A program made the position numbers and the translations under genes. From assembly GCA_977020255.1 (NCBI GenBank), contig CDROCS010001561.1:62001-126000 (forward strand): a DNA stretch of 64,000 nucleotides. The letters run 5' to 3'. Source of the stretch: Obrimoposthia wandeli (Eukaryota). The notes beneath the pieces are model-generated. The model was not told the DNA's origin and did no database searches. It worked only from the letters and a program-made list of their open reading frames with translations. How positions within the stretch are numbered: position 1 is the first letter of the stretch; every line of letters starts with the position of its first letter. Below, piece after piece: positions 1 to 15,800 of the stretch.

Positions 1-708
1 TTATTGTGACAGACAATGGATTTTGATTTGACATAATTGTTACTAAAATTCGACTTTACATTTTATTGTTTTTGTAACTACGTGAAAATATTAAATGGTA
101 ATAATATTTATCTGCTATCAGATAATACAAATACTTTATTTATTTTGAAGATTAATTTATTAAATGAAGTTTCTCAATTTATATGACTTCCTTAGTTATT
201 CATATAGATATTTAGTACAAAATATATTACATTGATGATCAAGATAATTTACATTGTAAAACCTTCAAAAAACTGATTATTTTTATTTTAGTACATACAA
301 TGATGATATTTTATAGAAACATTTTAAGAGACTAACAACAAAATTAAGAATGTAACATTTAATCAGTGACAAAAATACCAAAAAAAATTAATTCGGTTTG
401 GACTATTAAGTCGCAAAGACAATCGATGTATCTTTTCTGAGACACAATTTTACAATTACAGACTTGTTAGGTGTTTAGTATAAACATGTATTTAATTCCT
501 TTTAACTCCCTTTATCTAATGAAGATGTGAACATTTTCAAAAAAAATTCTAAGAGTTAATATTTTGTAGTTTCTTATACGAATTTGCATCTGATTATATA
601 ACTTTGACATCATGATTTAAAGTAGACTTTTTACCGTCATTTGGAGTTTCAAATTTTGACTCGTTATATTGTGATTATTTAATATTTCCAATGTATACTT
701 TTCTGCAG

Positions 709-807
709 CGAGGAAACGCAAATGTCAGCGACGATTTGTCAGAACTTCTGACGGAGATGAGCCATAGAAACCCTATTTCCAGACCAACCCTGTCACGACT
801 TCTCCAG
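709..807 (+). CDS. PTPN13: Exon: C-terminal part of KIND domain (RGNANVSDDLSELLTEMSHRNPISRPTLSRLLQ)
   Basis: ttctgcag|...CAG|gttagt, 99 nt, phase 0-0. Resembles the KIND/kinase C-lobe end (S-x-x-L-x-x-L-L-x-x-M...R-P/V-S/T-L/V-x-x-L/V-L) of PTPN13. Confidence 0.75.
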
Positions 808-3800
808 GTTAGTTGTCAAGATTTTCTAAATTACGTTCATCAGTGTACCGATATATACCAAAATGACGTGAAATATCTGGATTTAGGTGTCAAGGGGGAA
901 TTTTATTAACAAAATATAGCACCATTTTAAACTTTCTCCGACAAAATCGTCTAGCACGCTATTTCCCAGAAAACTTATTCGATTCAGTAAGCGGATAGCT
1001 TATTCGAACGACAATCAAAATCTAAGATACAATTTTTCTTCGTATCTTCATTGCAATGGTAAATGATTAATTCGGACGAAATTTTATTATTCGAATGAGA
1101 CTTTTGATTAAAACAGTTTACAGCTTTTGCTAGTTTTTTTCACTCCAAGACATATCCTTAAGTTTATTGAGGAATTTTCTCAAACATATACAAACATAGG
1201 CAAAAAAGCCTTTGTCGGAGAGAAATTGAATATTGGTTTTCCGAGAATTAAGTGATGGTATGAAGATGAAAAGAAAAACGTTTTCTTAAGATTTGTTTCT
1301 CTTTCCTATAAGCTATTGGTAAAGTTTTGGATAAATTTTATGGAAAATAGCGCGTGGGAAAATTTTCACGGAGACAGTTATCGATTTTTTTAAACATCTA
1401 TTGTCATTGTCACGTGAATATTAAACAAGATATACTGGTTCAGAAACGTGTATTATTAGGGACGGGTATTTGAAAGGGATTCAGCCCTAGTTTTGTGACA
1501 AACGACATTGTTTATCATTGTAAATAATTTAGGTTTCTTTACATTATTTTTCTGTTTAGTTGTAACAAAACTTCTTCAAATTATGCTCTGTTTAAAATAA
1601 AGATGCAAATATCTTATTAATTAATTTAACTGACCCTGACTTATTAATAAAGGTTCTCTAGACATCGGCATTTCATAATCTATATCCGTAATAGCATTGT
1701 CCGTAATAATCCCTTCGGTATCTATCTGTGATATAGAAATTGTACAAATCACAGTGACAATTTAATTAAATAAGGATAAGAATACAGATTTGCCTATTTC
1801 AGACATAAACTCATAATTACATTTTATTTTGGACGTATTGTTACATTAACATTATTTTTGTCGTAATTAGGATGCGAAACAACCGCTAAAATGGCTAGTT
1901 TCATTAGAAGGAAAATTTTCATGATGCGCTTTGTAATTGGACAGTGTAATTTAGCGTAAATTTCAATTTAAAAACCGCGTTGTATTTGACTGTTTGACAA
2001 ATCATTACATAGATATATTTTAAAAATATGAACTTGTGAAACAAATATTTCGCTAATGTTGCTTGAACAATTACACGATCTTCATTTGTCATTATAAGCT
2101 TTGCTTGTAAATAATTTCTCCAAATATGTGCAATAATTTTATTTTAGAATTTCAGTTAATTTATCAATGAAGTTAGTAGCACAATATTAACTATAATATG
2201 AAAAGTATTCGATTGTATTTGTAACATTATTTTTTATCAACATTCCAACCGTAATGGGAGTATGTATATGTTTAGCAGTCACCAGGCTCTAAAATATTCT
2301 CAAAATCAGCGTTAACTACAGATAATTGTTAGATAAATAAGTAAATATTTAAATATTATCAAAATCTTTATGCGATTTTTGATTTTTAATTCGAAAAGCA
2401 ATTCGAATTTCTTCAACTAATCTGCTGCAATCACTTTAACAACCACAGTAACCTTAATAATCTTTTGTGGTTATTTGAAATGTCAATGAATTTCTGAAAT
2501 TGAAAAATACATTAAGCATTTGAGTGCTTTGTTGAAAGTCATATTCTGTCATAATACAGCTGTTATACAAGCCACTTCATTTGTGCTACCAAATATGTAG
2601 TTTAATTTTGACATAACATTTTAATTAAACTTTGCGGCATTAACTTATAAACCTGCTAATCAATGTCTAGCCAGTTGAAAGCGATTATCAGTCATAGGCG
2701 CATTAAAACTCAAACTAAATGGAGTCCATAAAGAGAATCATGTGTTGTATTTGACTAATCATTTTGATTTGCAATACACATTCGATTTGTACATCTTTTA
2801 TACTAATGAAATTATGCGAGTGTTAGGTTCAGGAGAAAGTGAATGGCCGCATCCGATTTCTAACCACTGAACTATCACGTCTCGTTATCTCTCTCGATAA
2901 CCTAACTCAATTTCTAAATGGGAATTATTCACATAATTTTGAAATAAATTTATTTTGTTTAATATTTAATTTAACAACAGTAGGGATTTCATTTATAACA
3001 AAGATTTTCCTCAAGCACTCAAAAATAAAACAAATTTCAAATTGCTCCTGGTTCAGCATGTTAAAAGTTATGTTTTCAATAATAGTTACTATTTAAGAAA
3101 GGATGTTATATATGTGTAACGTGAAGAAAATCAAGTATAGAGTTATGTTTTCTATCGTAGACATAATTCAAGACTTAAATTCCACAACACAATGTATATT
3201 ATACTAATATTAAGTACTAGTACTTTAAAAAAATTATTGAGAGTAAGATAATTCCGGTTTCTGTTTACATAACTTATAGCATACGGAAAGAGATTTCTAG
3301 AAAGTTTCTAAATGGATTTTCATTTGATAATAACATCCATCACATTTTAGTATTATATAATATGATGTTGAAGGTCATATGTGCTTTATATAAGTCATAA
3401 CAATCTCTCATGTGAGACGATGCTTTAAGAGTAAAAACATGAATTCTTTTGTAATATGTAACACTTGCTCCTTACCCAATAGTCTAAACCAGAGTCCATG
3501 ATACATCGAAGACAACCAAAGACCACAACAGCTTCCGGCAAAATCACTATAAAGTTGAATAATTTTGGTCAGATTTTTTAATTTGCATTTCTGGATAATC
3601 TACAAATTACATTTTTATCGTTTACTATGTAAATTTTAATAAAAATGTATAAATTTTTGAAATAATAATGTCATTTTAGTATTATTTTATCGTAATATTG
3701 TTGTATTATTGTTTTATTATTAACGTTTGTTTATTTGTATTTTCATAATTACCTTAAAATAAAGAAAATAAATAACTTCAATGGCTTATGGGGGCCATGG

Positions 3801-6800
3801 ACTAAAAGAGGCTAAGAGATACTGGTGTAAACTCTATCCGTTATTGTCGATGGCTTTAAAGTGTATGGAAAAACTTTATCGTCTATTTGTAAGATCGTTA
3901 TGTTTGTTTTTAAGGTGAATATGGATACATTTTTACTGATCTACCTTGACATTTTGTATGAAAGAGCAATATGTTGACCAAATCGACCATTTTTAAAAAA
4001 TAATAATAAACAATTAATGATAATATATTTATGCTTATGAAAAAATACTTAATAACCTTGTTAATAGTTTAGATCGTAAGCTAAAAAAATTCAAGTATGA
4101 CAGAAATATATTTAATGTGAGCCCGTTTACCTTGTATGATCGTGTCCCTAAAGCAGGAAAGTTCAAATCTTGCAAGTCTCAAATTGGATTTGTTAGATCC
4201 AGATTTATGAATACAGAAAATAGGAAAACATAATTTACAAGACATAAAATGAATTAGTAAATTAAAATCAGAACAAATTATCAATCAATTCTTTACAAAA
4301 GGTATCATAAAATAGTTACCCATAGATATACAAAAACGACCAATATTGTAAATATATTAATTACTTTTTTGTACAATTCTTTATTTTGTGAAAGACCTTT
4401 TGTACCGTGAATTTATTTGAGAATCATAATTATATCAAGATACAATATTAAATACTCATTCTTATCATATTTGAACGTTCTTCAAATTATGTATTAGAAA
4501 TAATTCACAAGAACGTAATTTTAGTTAATTAGAACGTTGATTTTATTGATGAATTGTTAAGCAATAAATTATTTATAGAACTTTAAATGCTGACATACAC
4601 GCACACCTCGACTAGGGGTTTCTTTGTAGTCTTTCAATCATGATAATGGACGAAAATTGAATCAGTTAATTTTCTTCATGTGCCCACAAGGTATTTTATA
4701 GGAACTCCAAACTATAAAAGGCCAAAATTTGAGGCAAATAATTAGACACCTCATCGTTGTGATCTTTAGAGGTTTTCACAGTGTATTCAGAGTATTCAAG
4801 AGCTTTCCTAATTGTTAGCGCCCTGTTTTAGTTGTAGTTCATTTTATATGTTATTGTCATTTCATTAGTAAAGTGATGTTTTGAAATAAGTTTGAATTTT
4901 TGTTAATGAAACAGATTCTAAAATTATAAAAATCGCAAAGCACTGTTCGGCAATAATCAGACATTGATTGCGATTGAAAGAGGCCATTGAAACTTGTTCC
5001 AGTTTATGGGTGTTCTAACAATCGACAGTTGAATTCAATTTACCGAAAAATATCCACCCTCTTGCAGGATCTGGATGTTTCCTAAAGACTCATTAATAAA
5101 TTCCGAAAGTAATCGACAAAGTTTTATAAGCGATTCGAGCCAGTATCTCTCGACAACCAATATACATGAGTATGTTGTAGAAGACTTCCAGAAGAGCCTT
5201 TCAGTTTTAGCGTTTGCTTTGATATATTATGATAAATTCCTATTGAACAATGGACAGTGATCAGCTCCAGATTGTCATTACACATTAAACAACCTGCTTT
5301 TTCCGAATAAACTCACCTGTTCATATACCTTCAAAATTGCATTTTAAAGTCATTGCAGTTAGAAAGTTTGTAGTTGAATTTGAAGTTTAATCCTTATCTA
5401 GATCTCTAATTCTTGAAGCAGGCTTACTTCTGACTAGAGAATACTAGAACAGTACTTTGGTTATATTTTAAAAGTGTACGGAACTAAAGTAATTAGTAAA
5501 AGAGAATGACAAAGCATACGTATGCTGATGTGGGAGCTGAAATTCTTGGATTATCAGCATTAATATGCTTTGATATTCTCAAGCCTGGTGTAGTGAGGGT
5601 GTATATACATCTTAGAAAGCAACAATTATGACTGGTTATTATTGGTTAAGAAATTATCCATAAACAGAGTGAAGAAATATTTGAAATTCATTCTCCGAAT
5701 CTTTACAACAAATTACCGATGGATGTCAGAAACTGTAATAGTGTAGAAAAATTCAAAAAACATCCGATGACTTTACTATTTTACAACTGTTATAATTTTC
5801 TAGAAACGGTCTGTTCTCTGAAATAAGGGTTCTAATTCATTCATACACATTTCTGCTACATTCTGTGAAGTTAAAAACGACTGTTAAATGAATAATTGTA
5901 AAAAAATATTATTGGCTAGGTTTATTTTATAAGTTACTATTTTAAGAACTAATTGTATTTGTTCCAACCTACAAAACTAAATTTAGATACAACATCAAAA
6001 GCCAGATAATTTGGCAGAAAGTGAGCCTATGTAAAGGTGGTTCATAACAACGGCTAAATTGATCAGCTATGAAATACACCCACACACCATCCTGTTTCGT
6101 GTTCCATTCACTGTTGTTCAGAACCAGTAAAGCAATGATTTATTCGTGCACCACCACAGTTGTCGCCAACATCTAAAAAAGTCTGTAAGCTGTCAAAATT
6201 TACAAAAAATGCACCTGATTGTGGTTTCTAATCGCCTTCTTCTAAGTGTCAACTTGTGGCGTTTTCTGTGCTCTGAGGTCAGTTTCTTGAAATTGATTAC
6301 AATACTTGAGCACTGTCACAAAACGTGTATGTGTATAAGTCTATTTGACATTATTATGAAGTGACTTCATATTACAATCTTGCTTGCTTTTCTGTCTATT
6401 CTTTACGTCTTTATAATATTTAAATTATCATACACATTCGAGGGTTAGAGAGATTAACAAAGATCTGAATTCATAATTTTATTGGAACTTATTGCGGATA
6501 TTTGGAATTTTAACAATAATATATACAGCGCTAACATCTGATGAATCTATGATTTATTACTCAACTGCGATTCTTGTTTCTATTATTCTTCGTAAAATTT
6601 TATGAATAGTAAAGTCTTCAGTTGTTCCTTGACTTTTTCAATATTTTTATGGTTTCTTAAATTCATCGGTAGATTGTAAAGATTTAGAGAATAGATTTCC
6701 AATATTCCATCACTCGTATTGAAATTTAAGAATTTCTTAACCAATCTTTAGTCATAATCATTGCTTCGAAGATGCATATACATGCTTACTGTACCAGGTT

Positions 6801-9800
6801 CGAGACGATCATATAAATATTTCCCCCCATAATAAGCAATAAATATTCAATGGTACTAGCAGTTTAGTATTAATAATTTTAAGCAAATTTGAAGTACTAT
6901 GCTGTCTAAAAGAATCTGTAATACAAGTAATGGTACTTGATGATTCAAGAACCTATCAATTACAGTGACCAATAAAAACTATTCTACTGAAAAACGTGAT
7001 CAGCCAACTTTATAGAGCTTCTAATTAATCTTATGAAAAAGTAAAAAGTGCCATTGGATACAGTATGCCGTTAAAAATTCATTTTGCCATTATCATGACT
7101 TCTTTCCAGAAATATTCCATCAAACATTTTGACAATGAGGTAACGATACATATGACAGTGGAATACAGAAAGTATTTATGATGCTATACAAATGATAATC
7201 AAAATGATAATAACATTTTTCTAATCAAAATATAGTGAAATAAATCAATATTTTAACAAAAATTAGATGTTTAAGAGAAAAGATAATTACATATTTGAAA
7301 TTTGTATGTTCAAAACAATTATTAGAACTTTACATATGTTATATAATTCCAAATGCATCGGCTAAAAATTGTGTACAATGATTACAATGAACCGTAACAT
7401 ATTCTGATATTGAAATCGATATTTTTTTATAAAAAACAACAAGGGATTTTATATTAACGTCCAATGAAATTTTATGAGATATGCAGAGTACCATGAATCT
7501 CAACAAAATAGAAATACCATTGGTATTTGTCGAATAAGCACACTAGAAAAGGTCACAACCAGTATTACAGAAATTGTGAATGACAAACAAACATATAAAC
7601 ACGCACACATTTACGTCAACCTTGAGAGTGGTCAGTGATTTGCGGGAGGCTGAACTGTCAGTTGTCGTGCTGCGGTTCAAATTACAGCTTCAATTATTGG
7701 TTTTGTATTTCTGCAACTTTGTTACGTGCAGTCTGATGACTGAAGCTTAAATACTAAGATCAAAGTGTATTACAAAGTCGGTTTCAGTTTTGAAAGTTAA
7801 TTTTGAAGTTGACTAGAACAGTTAGAATCTTAGTTTTTGTCAATTAAATTTATCGTTTCATTTTATTGCTAAATTACAGTCGATAAAAACTTGAATTATT
7901 TAATTTCAGACATGCAATCAAAAAGGTCGGCGATATACAGAAGACTTGTCTTTCAATCAGCACATTCTGGATTTTTATAAATCCTACAATGACCGTTTTA
8001 CGAAGAAAGACAGATTGGTTATACTTAATTATACTTATTGCTCGATTAAATTTTAGTACCATATTACTTCGCTGCAAATAACTTTAAAAAATATTAACAA
8101 ATAGTTTTTAATTAAAAAAGTAAATGTTAAAAAAAGAAATAAGTGAAAAACAAAAGTTGGTGAACTTTCTAAAATGAACACAAAAAATTAATATGGTTTT
8201 GATTAAGGGTGTTAAAGCAAAGTTATGGCTTTATACGTTATAAAATGTATCTTTTACTTTTATTACACTACTTATAAGTGTCAATAACACAGAATCACAG
8301 TTTTTAAATAACTATTGGATGTAAAATTTAAACAAATGTGTTTATATTTAACATCATCTTTTTCTATCTTCAAAGGAAAAATAAATTAAGCTTATGGATA
8401 GTCGTTGTAAACATAATTTTAGCTTGTTGAACCATTTCCAAGTTCAGATAAATACTTTTTTAATTCTAATTTGAATGATAATTGATATTTTTAAATCAAT
8501 TTTATGCAATGTTCAGTAAGCCTTTAAAAGTTACTGCGTAAATTTAATTTTACGAGATTATTGGCAGCTTCTATTTACTCAAATTTATTTGAGGTAAATT
8601 AATTAAAAAATTAAGTATTTTAAGTAAAAAATGAATATTTAAAATGACTAATTTTTTTTTTTAATTTTGTCAAGTAGAATTTTATTTAAAGAAAATTCGT
8701 CGGGTTTCTGGAATAAGCATGGCAAATGAGAAAACTTCCAGCAACATTGTTATATAAATTAAATAAATACACCTTTATATTGTGGGTGAAATTACATAGG
8801 CGAACTCCGGAGACATATTTTGAGGAGAAATATGATAATATTTGGAATTTAAAGCTCATTTAAGTTTCATACAAATAAATATATTCTCGATCAAAGCACT
8901 AAATATCAACATTTGTTAAACGTGAGTTTTTCTAAAATTTTAATCGCTTATCAAATTTATTTTAACTAACAGGGTTTTCTTCTTTGATTGTTAATATGAA
9001 AAATAATATTTGTTACATTAAAAGTTTAGTGTCTGTTTTGAACATGTTTTAGTATAATAAACTTAATTTTTTACATTAGATTGACAGTTTCAAGAATGTA
9101 GATAATTTTATGTTTTATTAGTCAAAGTTATTTTATATTTCCATTGTCATCTTCTCTTTCAGTCAAAAACCAATTCTGTTGAAGGTTCCGACGTTGAATT
9201 GACAGCAACCCGAGGCAACAGACAACATTCTCTTCTTTTAGAAGACTGTCGATCCAACCACACAGATTCTGCTCATCAGCGATTGTCCTACTTCGATTCA
9301 AGCACGTGAGAGTTTTGTTTTATTTCGTATTTTCAAAATAATACAAATTTTTATAGTTATTCAATAATATCCTAATGGAACATTTTTTTAAATAACGCCA
9401 GTTTCATACTAATTGTTATTATCTTTTTACTCAACTGGGTCACTGCTATAAGTGAAAAATAACGTTTTGATATTTCCTCTATGTAATATTATTCATCCCA
9501 CATCGCCAGTTCTGCTTACCAAAAATGGCCCACTGGGCATTCGTATATAATCGAGCGACTCCAATGCAGAAAGTCACCCCTCGTACGCATTGCATTTGGG
9601 AATAAGTTGAGGATGTTACATCTCTAGTACTTCTAATCGCTCTAAATGTCTGCTATCCTAAGAGAAACTTCGGAGGTAACCAGCTACTAGATGGTTCAGT
9701 TAGTCTTTCTCTCCTTAATGCATATCTGAAACATTTTAATGCTTATAAAAGATTTCTTAAACAAAGTATTAAAATTATATTAAAAAAGAAAAATTAAAGT

Positions 9801-12800
9801 TTGTCTCTTTCATCGGGTGCTCCATTTGAATCAAGGCGCTTATGCAAACTGTTGTACAATTTTTTAAACACCTCGTCTACATTGCAAAAATACAACGATG
9901 ACAAATTTGTGAGCAACAAAATGAAAATTTTATAATTTTATTTAAAAAAACTATTTAAAACTATTTTATTTATACCTAGTTTCATTTAATTAGACACCGA
10001 AAATATCGTAGATAAACTTTTAGAATAGTACATTACTATATCAAAAAATTACTTTTAACCAGCTGCTTTACTTGATTTCTATCAATGCCTGTTTCACAAG
10101 AATATGATTTCGTGAAGAAACTATAAGAAAAGTGACCTAATAAATTGTATTACAGTAACTTAATTTTTTTTCTCTCTTTTTTTCCAAAAAGTATTGTAAC
10201 ATCTTAAACCAAATTTAATACGATTTAAAATGACTTCTAAGGGTGCTAATTTTGGTAAGCAGAACGGGTGATGTGGAATGAGTTTGTTATAAAAAGTTTT
10301 AAACCTCGACATAAAACTGACTTTTTTATTCATTTTTAATAATTATTATGTAACGCCGCAAAGCTATTCGGCGAAAGGCTTTATTGAAGTTCCTGGGTCT
10401 TTGATGCTTGTTTGCGTATGATCACCATCTGCAATGACAGATTTAATGACGGTTTTCCATTCTTTCTTTTGCTAGGTGACTACTTCTAACATAGTCAGGC
10501 ACAGTGCCTGCATATTTGAAACTGGTGAAATTGCCGACGATCGTATTGTATGAGGGAATATTGTCCAATTAGTCTACTAAATTTTATTTCACTAATTCAA
10601 TGCGTTTATTAAATTTGTTTATATTGCTTTTAATAAAAATTGTATACGCATTTAAACTATTTCTGGGACTTTCAAATCATCCCGTATTCATCAATATGTA
10701 TACATCTTCTTACATAATAACCCTTTGATTACTGAATATAGAAAAATTCATTTACAAACCTTAATTTCACATATGATGTTTTTTTGAACCAACTAACAAG
10801 GGAAGGCCTCATACTTGGACACTTTGCATATAGATAGATAATGGTAAACTATTATACTCTGCCAGGAGTTTTACGTGGAGCACAAAATAAGTTTGTATTT
10901 GGACACAAGAAATTCAAGAAAACGTTAAATAAAATATATTTATTTGATCGAGAATATTTTTAATTATATATGATTTTGAATAAAGTTATTTCTAAATATA
11001 TTGCAGAATATAATGCATATAGTATGTAAATAATAAATATTGGCAAAATTAGTTTTTAAATGCGCTAACTAAATAAATGAAAATTTAAGAAAATTGTTTT
11101 TGTCACTGTCATATGATTATTATTTAAGTTTTTAATTCTTTACTGTACTACAATAATTTTATTTATACTTTGCATATTGATAAATTTTGATTAACAAAAC
11201 ATTATCTGAAGTTAAAAATAAAATTAGCTATCTAGCTATTAAATTTTCACATTGGAATAACAAATACAAAACATTTAATTGTTTTGATAGTCTTAAGTCT
11301 TTGAATAATACGATTTTTAACTTTATAGAAAAACTTAAATTTTAATAATTCGTAGTCTTTAATTAAATTACAGAAAGTTTTGTAAAATACGGTTTTGTTT
11401 TTAAACAGCTTTTAACTTTAAAATTTTTGCGAACGTATTTAGCGTAAAAAAGAATCATCATAACGAGAAAATAAAGTTGCCAAAGACCATTTAAGACTTT
11501 TATCGGGGAGCAATGCATTCGGTGACTTCAACTTAAAACATATGCTTGTGCACAGAGCAGAAAATCCAAGGGCTCTACAATCCCATTCCAAACATAGCCT
11601 TCCACTATTATGGCGATAAAACAAGCAAGCATCGGTAACAATACAATTGTTTGAAGATTGGTTTGAAAATTAGTTTTACCCAGAAGTTGAAGGTTATTGA
11701 AAAAATAATAAAATCGATTTTAAAATTTTATTGTTATTGGACAATGCACGAAGTCATGATTCGTCTCTTTCTGACTAATGAAAATGTCAAGGTAATTTTC
11801 CTGCCACCGCAACATCATTAATACAACCAATATACATGGAGGTCATTGCTATCTGTAAGAGATATTATCTCAGGCGTACTTTTTCGCAAGCTATAAAAGG
11901 TTACAACATCCGAAATTCCATTGAAAATATCAGTGAATGATAGTGTGAAGTAACAGCGACCAATATGAAATCTGTTTCGAAAGTTCTTTTGCCGCATTGT
12001 GCCAATGATTTTGTCGATTTTGAATCTCAAATTCGAAATGTTTCTAAAAACATTGTTCAGCTAGGTAAATATCGTCTCAAAGTTGAATCTCTGTATTGTG
12101 AGAATGTGCTTCAATGCATAGCTTTGTATTTTGATGACCTCGACGATGAAACACTTGTGGATATTGATCAGAAACGTTTGCATGAAGATACAGAAGAAAA
12201 TCAAGAAAACAAAATGTTGTACCTATGAAAAAAATCACTTTAAATAATTTATCAATGTTAATTAACAAAGTAGACGATGTTTGTGAATTAATAATCACCG
12301 CATACCAAAATATTGAAAGAGGCATGAAAATTAGAGATTTGTTACAAAATGGCATTCGTTGCTATAAAGACATGTATGCTGCTAAGAAGAAGAAAAACGG
12401 TGCAAACAACTTTGTGGAATTATTTCTCAAATTAAATATATTATTTATTAGTTTTCATTAATTTTTTTAAATAGACTTCTCTATTTTATTGTTGTTTTTG
12501 AAGCAAGTAATTGTTTTTACATTGGTTTAGATAGTTAAATAGGTTTTAATTAGTATGATTTTGCATAACGGTTTATTGTTAGAACGGATTAACCGTACTA
12601 TTCCAGGATTTCCTTTATTTGGTAATTTTAAATTCTGACATACATTTACTAATTTTTGTATCATTTGAGAAAGTTTAAATATATTTTATAATAAGATTAT
12701 TTTATTTTACGCCAAATATGAGATTTTTCATAATTTACAAATTAAATTATTCAATAAGGGGAGTATAATGTTTTTTCATTATCTATCTATATGTAAATTT

Positions 12801-15800
12801 TCATTCAATTCCAACCGTCGAAGTTGAAAGCCTTTTCTTGTAAGACACATATGAAAGTGTTTTGTCAAATTTACGACGTTTTTCTGTTTGTAAACGTGTT
12901 TCTAAAACATTCAATACATTGGAAAATTTAATCTATAAATTTGACACGGATATAATGAAAGAAAAGGCTTTATATTCATACGACAAAATTATTTCAATTT
13001 TAAAAGAACATCTCTATAGTTTTCATCGGTCCATCTGTATTAACTTAAAAGTATAAATGTACAATTTAATTTTTTAAAATTAATTTGCTTTATTGAAATA
13101 ATAATACAGCAAACTTTGGAAACTAGTCAAAATTTATTTCAAAACTATTTTTTGGTTAATGTTTTAGATAATAATATATTTTCATTTAATAGTATATTTC
13201 AGTTTATTAATAAATTCACCATTGAAGAAATATCGAAATTAATTATTAAAATATAACTAACGCTGATTCATTTTTTTAACTTACTGTTTTTATTTGACAA
13301 ATACAGGATGTCTCAAAATGTACTATTCATTCTTAACCCTATTAACGTTTTTGGAAAAATATTGGTTATTGTTTTGCTTAACAAATATTGTATGTTTAGT
13401 TTGAAGCGCCATTTTTGAAAATGAATCAATATTCTGTGAACCACCACCCCTAAGTCTCTTCCCCCAACCTCCCTATCAATAATCAGCATCATTACTAAGT
13501 TAGGAAGATACGTTTGAAAGAAAGGATCAGTTGAAATGACACATATAGTATTAAGATACCTAAATCAGTCAGATCTGATGAAACCATTGAAGATATTAAA
13601 CACCGCATGTTTGAACAACCCACTGATTTGAATCCTCCGGATGTTTTCATGGGGTTATTTTAAACATATTTTCTATGGTCAGAAACCTGAAACGTTGACT
13701 GAACTTTAAGGAAGTATCAGACTTATCTTAACTCAAGTCAACAGTGAAATGATTAAAAATTCTTGTAAAAGTGTTGTGAATCGATGTCAACTTCGATTAG
13801 ATTATGAATTTAAGAAGACGTAGTTGTATTATTTAATTTTTGTTGTTGTTTTCTATGATATCTATAATTATATTTATATTAGAAAGAAAAATAACAATAG
13901 AATTAATTAGTTAAACTTAATCATATGTTAATATCTTTAATAAATTTTCTTTGAATTCTTGTTAAACTGTTTATAAATTTAGAGGGTTCAAACAAATTAA
14001 TAAAATAAAAATTGTCTATTATTATTTATTAACTTAATACAGATGAGCTAAGAAAAAACTACTTATAAAATTGAAATAATTTAATTTTATGAATATAAAA
14101 TCTATTTGTCATTTCAAGTGAAAAAACGTTCCGATCAATGAGCTATGATTTGCAAGTGGTTGTTCTCACCAAAATTTCCAAATTTAACATAAAAATTTGT
14201 CAGTAACTATTTATATTCAAAAGAACTCTGGAAATTAATTGGAAGAAATTATTTTCGTTTTTTTTAAAAATCATCTGAAAATGTCTGAATTCAATTTTTA
14301 GTCGACCAGAAAGTTGATGTTTTATACAAAACGTTTATTTGCCAGAAGGACTTTGAAAGATGAAATTCTGAATCCTTTAGAATCCCAAGAGTCAACAGAG
14401 TCAGCTGGTTTCAACAGATATCCCCAGAGCCTTTTTCTCCCCCAACCCCAGTGAAAGAAGTACATTGGCAACGGTAGGACGCGACTTTCACAGGTTCCGA
14501 CTCGGTCCCTCGATTGTTTTATGCGCTGCAGTCAGTCGAATTTCTATTGTCTTAGCTTTGGATTTTGAACACATTTCTGACTATGCAGTTATTCCATGAT
14601 CAGTTTTGTTATTTCGATTTTCTTGATTATGCTTATGACTATTTATGTACTATGAGCAACTCAACCATTAATCTCTTACTAAAATTGTTCTTTAAAATGA
14701 ACTTTGATAAAGTTAATAAATGAAAATATTCATTATTTCTAGAAAGTCTGCAAATTTCTTTTCTGCCACTTTTATAATAATTAAGTACAAATGTTTATGC
14801 TAAAATCTCGAAATTTAACTAAAAGTATTAAATATTACGATGTCAAAAGGCAGTCTTCAAAATAGACCACACTTTTCTCATTTAAGTTTGTACTTATTAA
14901 AATATGAAGATTTTTGTAAATTAAATTCTCTACTCATTCTTAAACGATACCCTTTTTAATTTACGCGATAAGTAGCTTAAAGGTTATTGCAATGGAAAAT
15001 CGTGTTTATAACATGTTTAGTTGCATTAAATATTTTTTCAAGCATAGGCGATTCTTTTTAGTTAAAATATATCTTTGTTATTTTTATTAAAGTATTGAAT
15101 TATAATTATGTCAAAAGTGCTTATTTGATTATATAATGAAAATTTAAATGAAGAAAGTTGTTTTTATATCGAATATACAGGAATACCTAACCCCGATTAT
15201 TGCAGTTTATAATTAGTGAGATTTTTTTTTTAAGAATTTAAATATTTGAAATGTTAAAAAATTTGAAAAGTAGAAAATTTGTTTGTTTAAATTTATTAAT
15301 TTTCTAGAAATCTCATTTAAAAACAGAATTCAAAGATAAATGCTACAGATGCAGTTTAAAGCAATATAAAACGTAAGGTTATTGGTTTAGAAGAAAAATT
15401 TATCATAATTAATTAACATGATGCTGGTGCAACGTAAGCTAAGATAAGTAGAGACCATGCAATAAGTGACTACGCCATATTAAAAAAACACTTTAAACAA
15501 TATACGAAACAAGGACAAAGTGCTTCAACTACTTTTGGTTTTCGAATGATTTATATGGAACGTGTGGTATCAATATGGATTGAAAATTGTAAACAAACGA
15601 AAATTCCTTTAAATCAAATGACTTTTTTTTTTATAAGTCTCTTTGAAACTCTAAAGAAAAAACATTCAAAAGGAAATCAAAATGCAGAAGAGTATAAAGA
15701 AACATTTATTGCCAGTTCTGGGTGGTTTGATCGGCACAAATACTGTATTTTTCATACGTTATAGTTCCTGGTTATTGCGATTATTCTCTGCCATAATCTG

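Noticed and set aside
4081-8077. Assorted 60-90-aa ORFs in AT-rich introns (for example 4081, 6146, 7874)
   Set aside because: Rich in I/L/F/K/N/Y, often with non-ATG starts and no motifs, as expected by chance or from decayed repeats.
9492-9729. Functional rRNA gene
   Set aside because: Only ~240 bp, with an internal deletion and changes in conserved positions, and no flanking rDNA.
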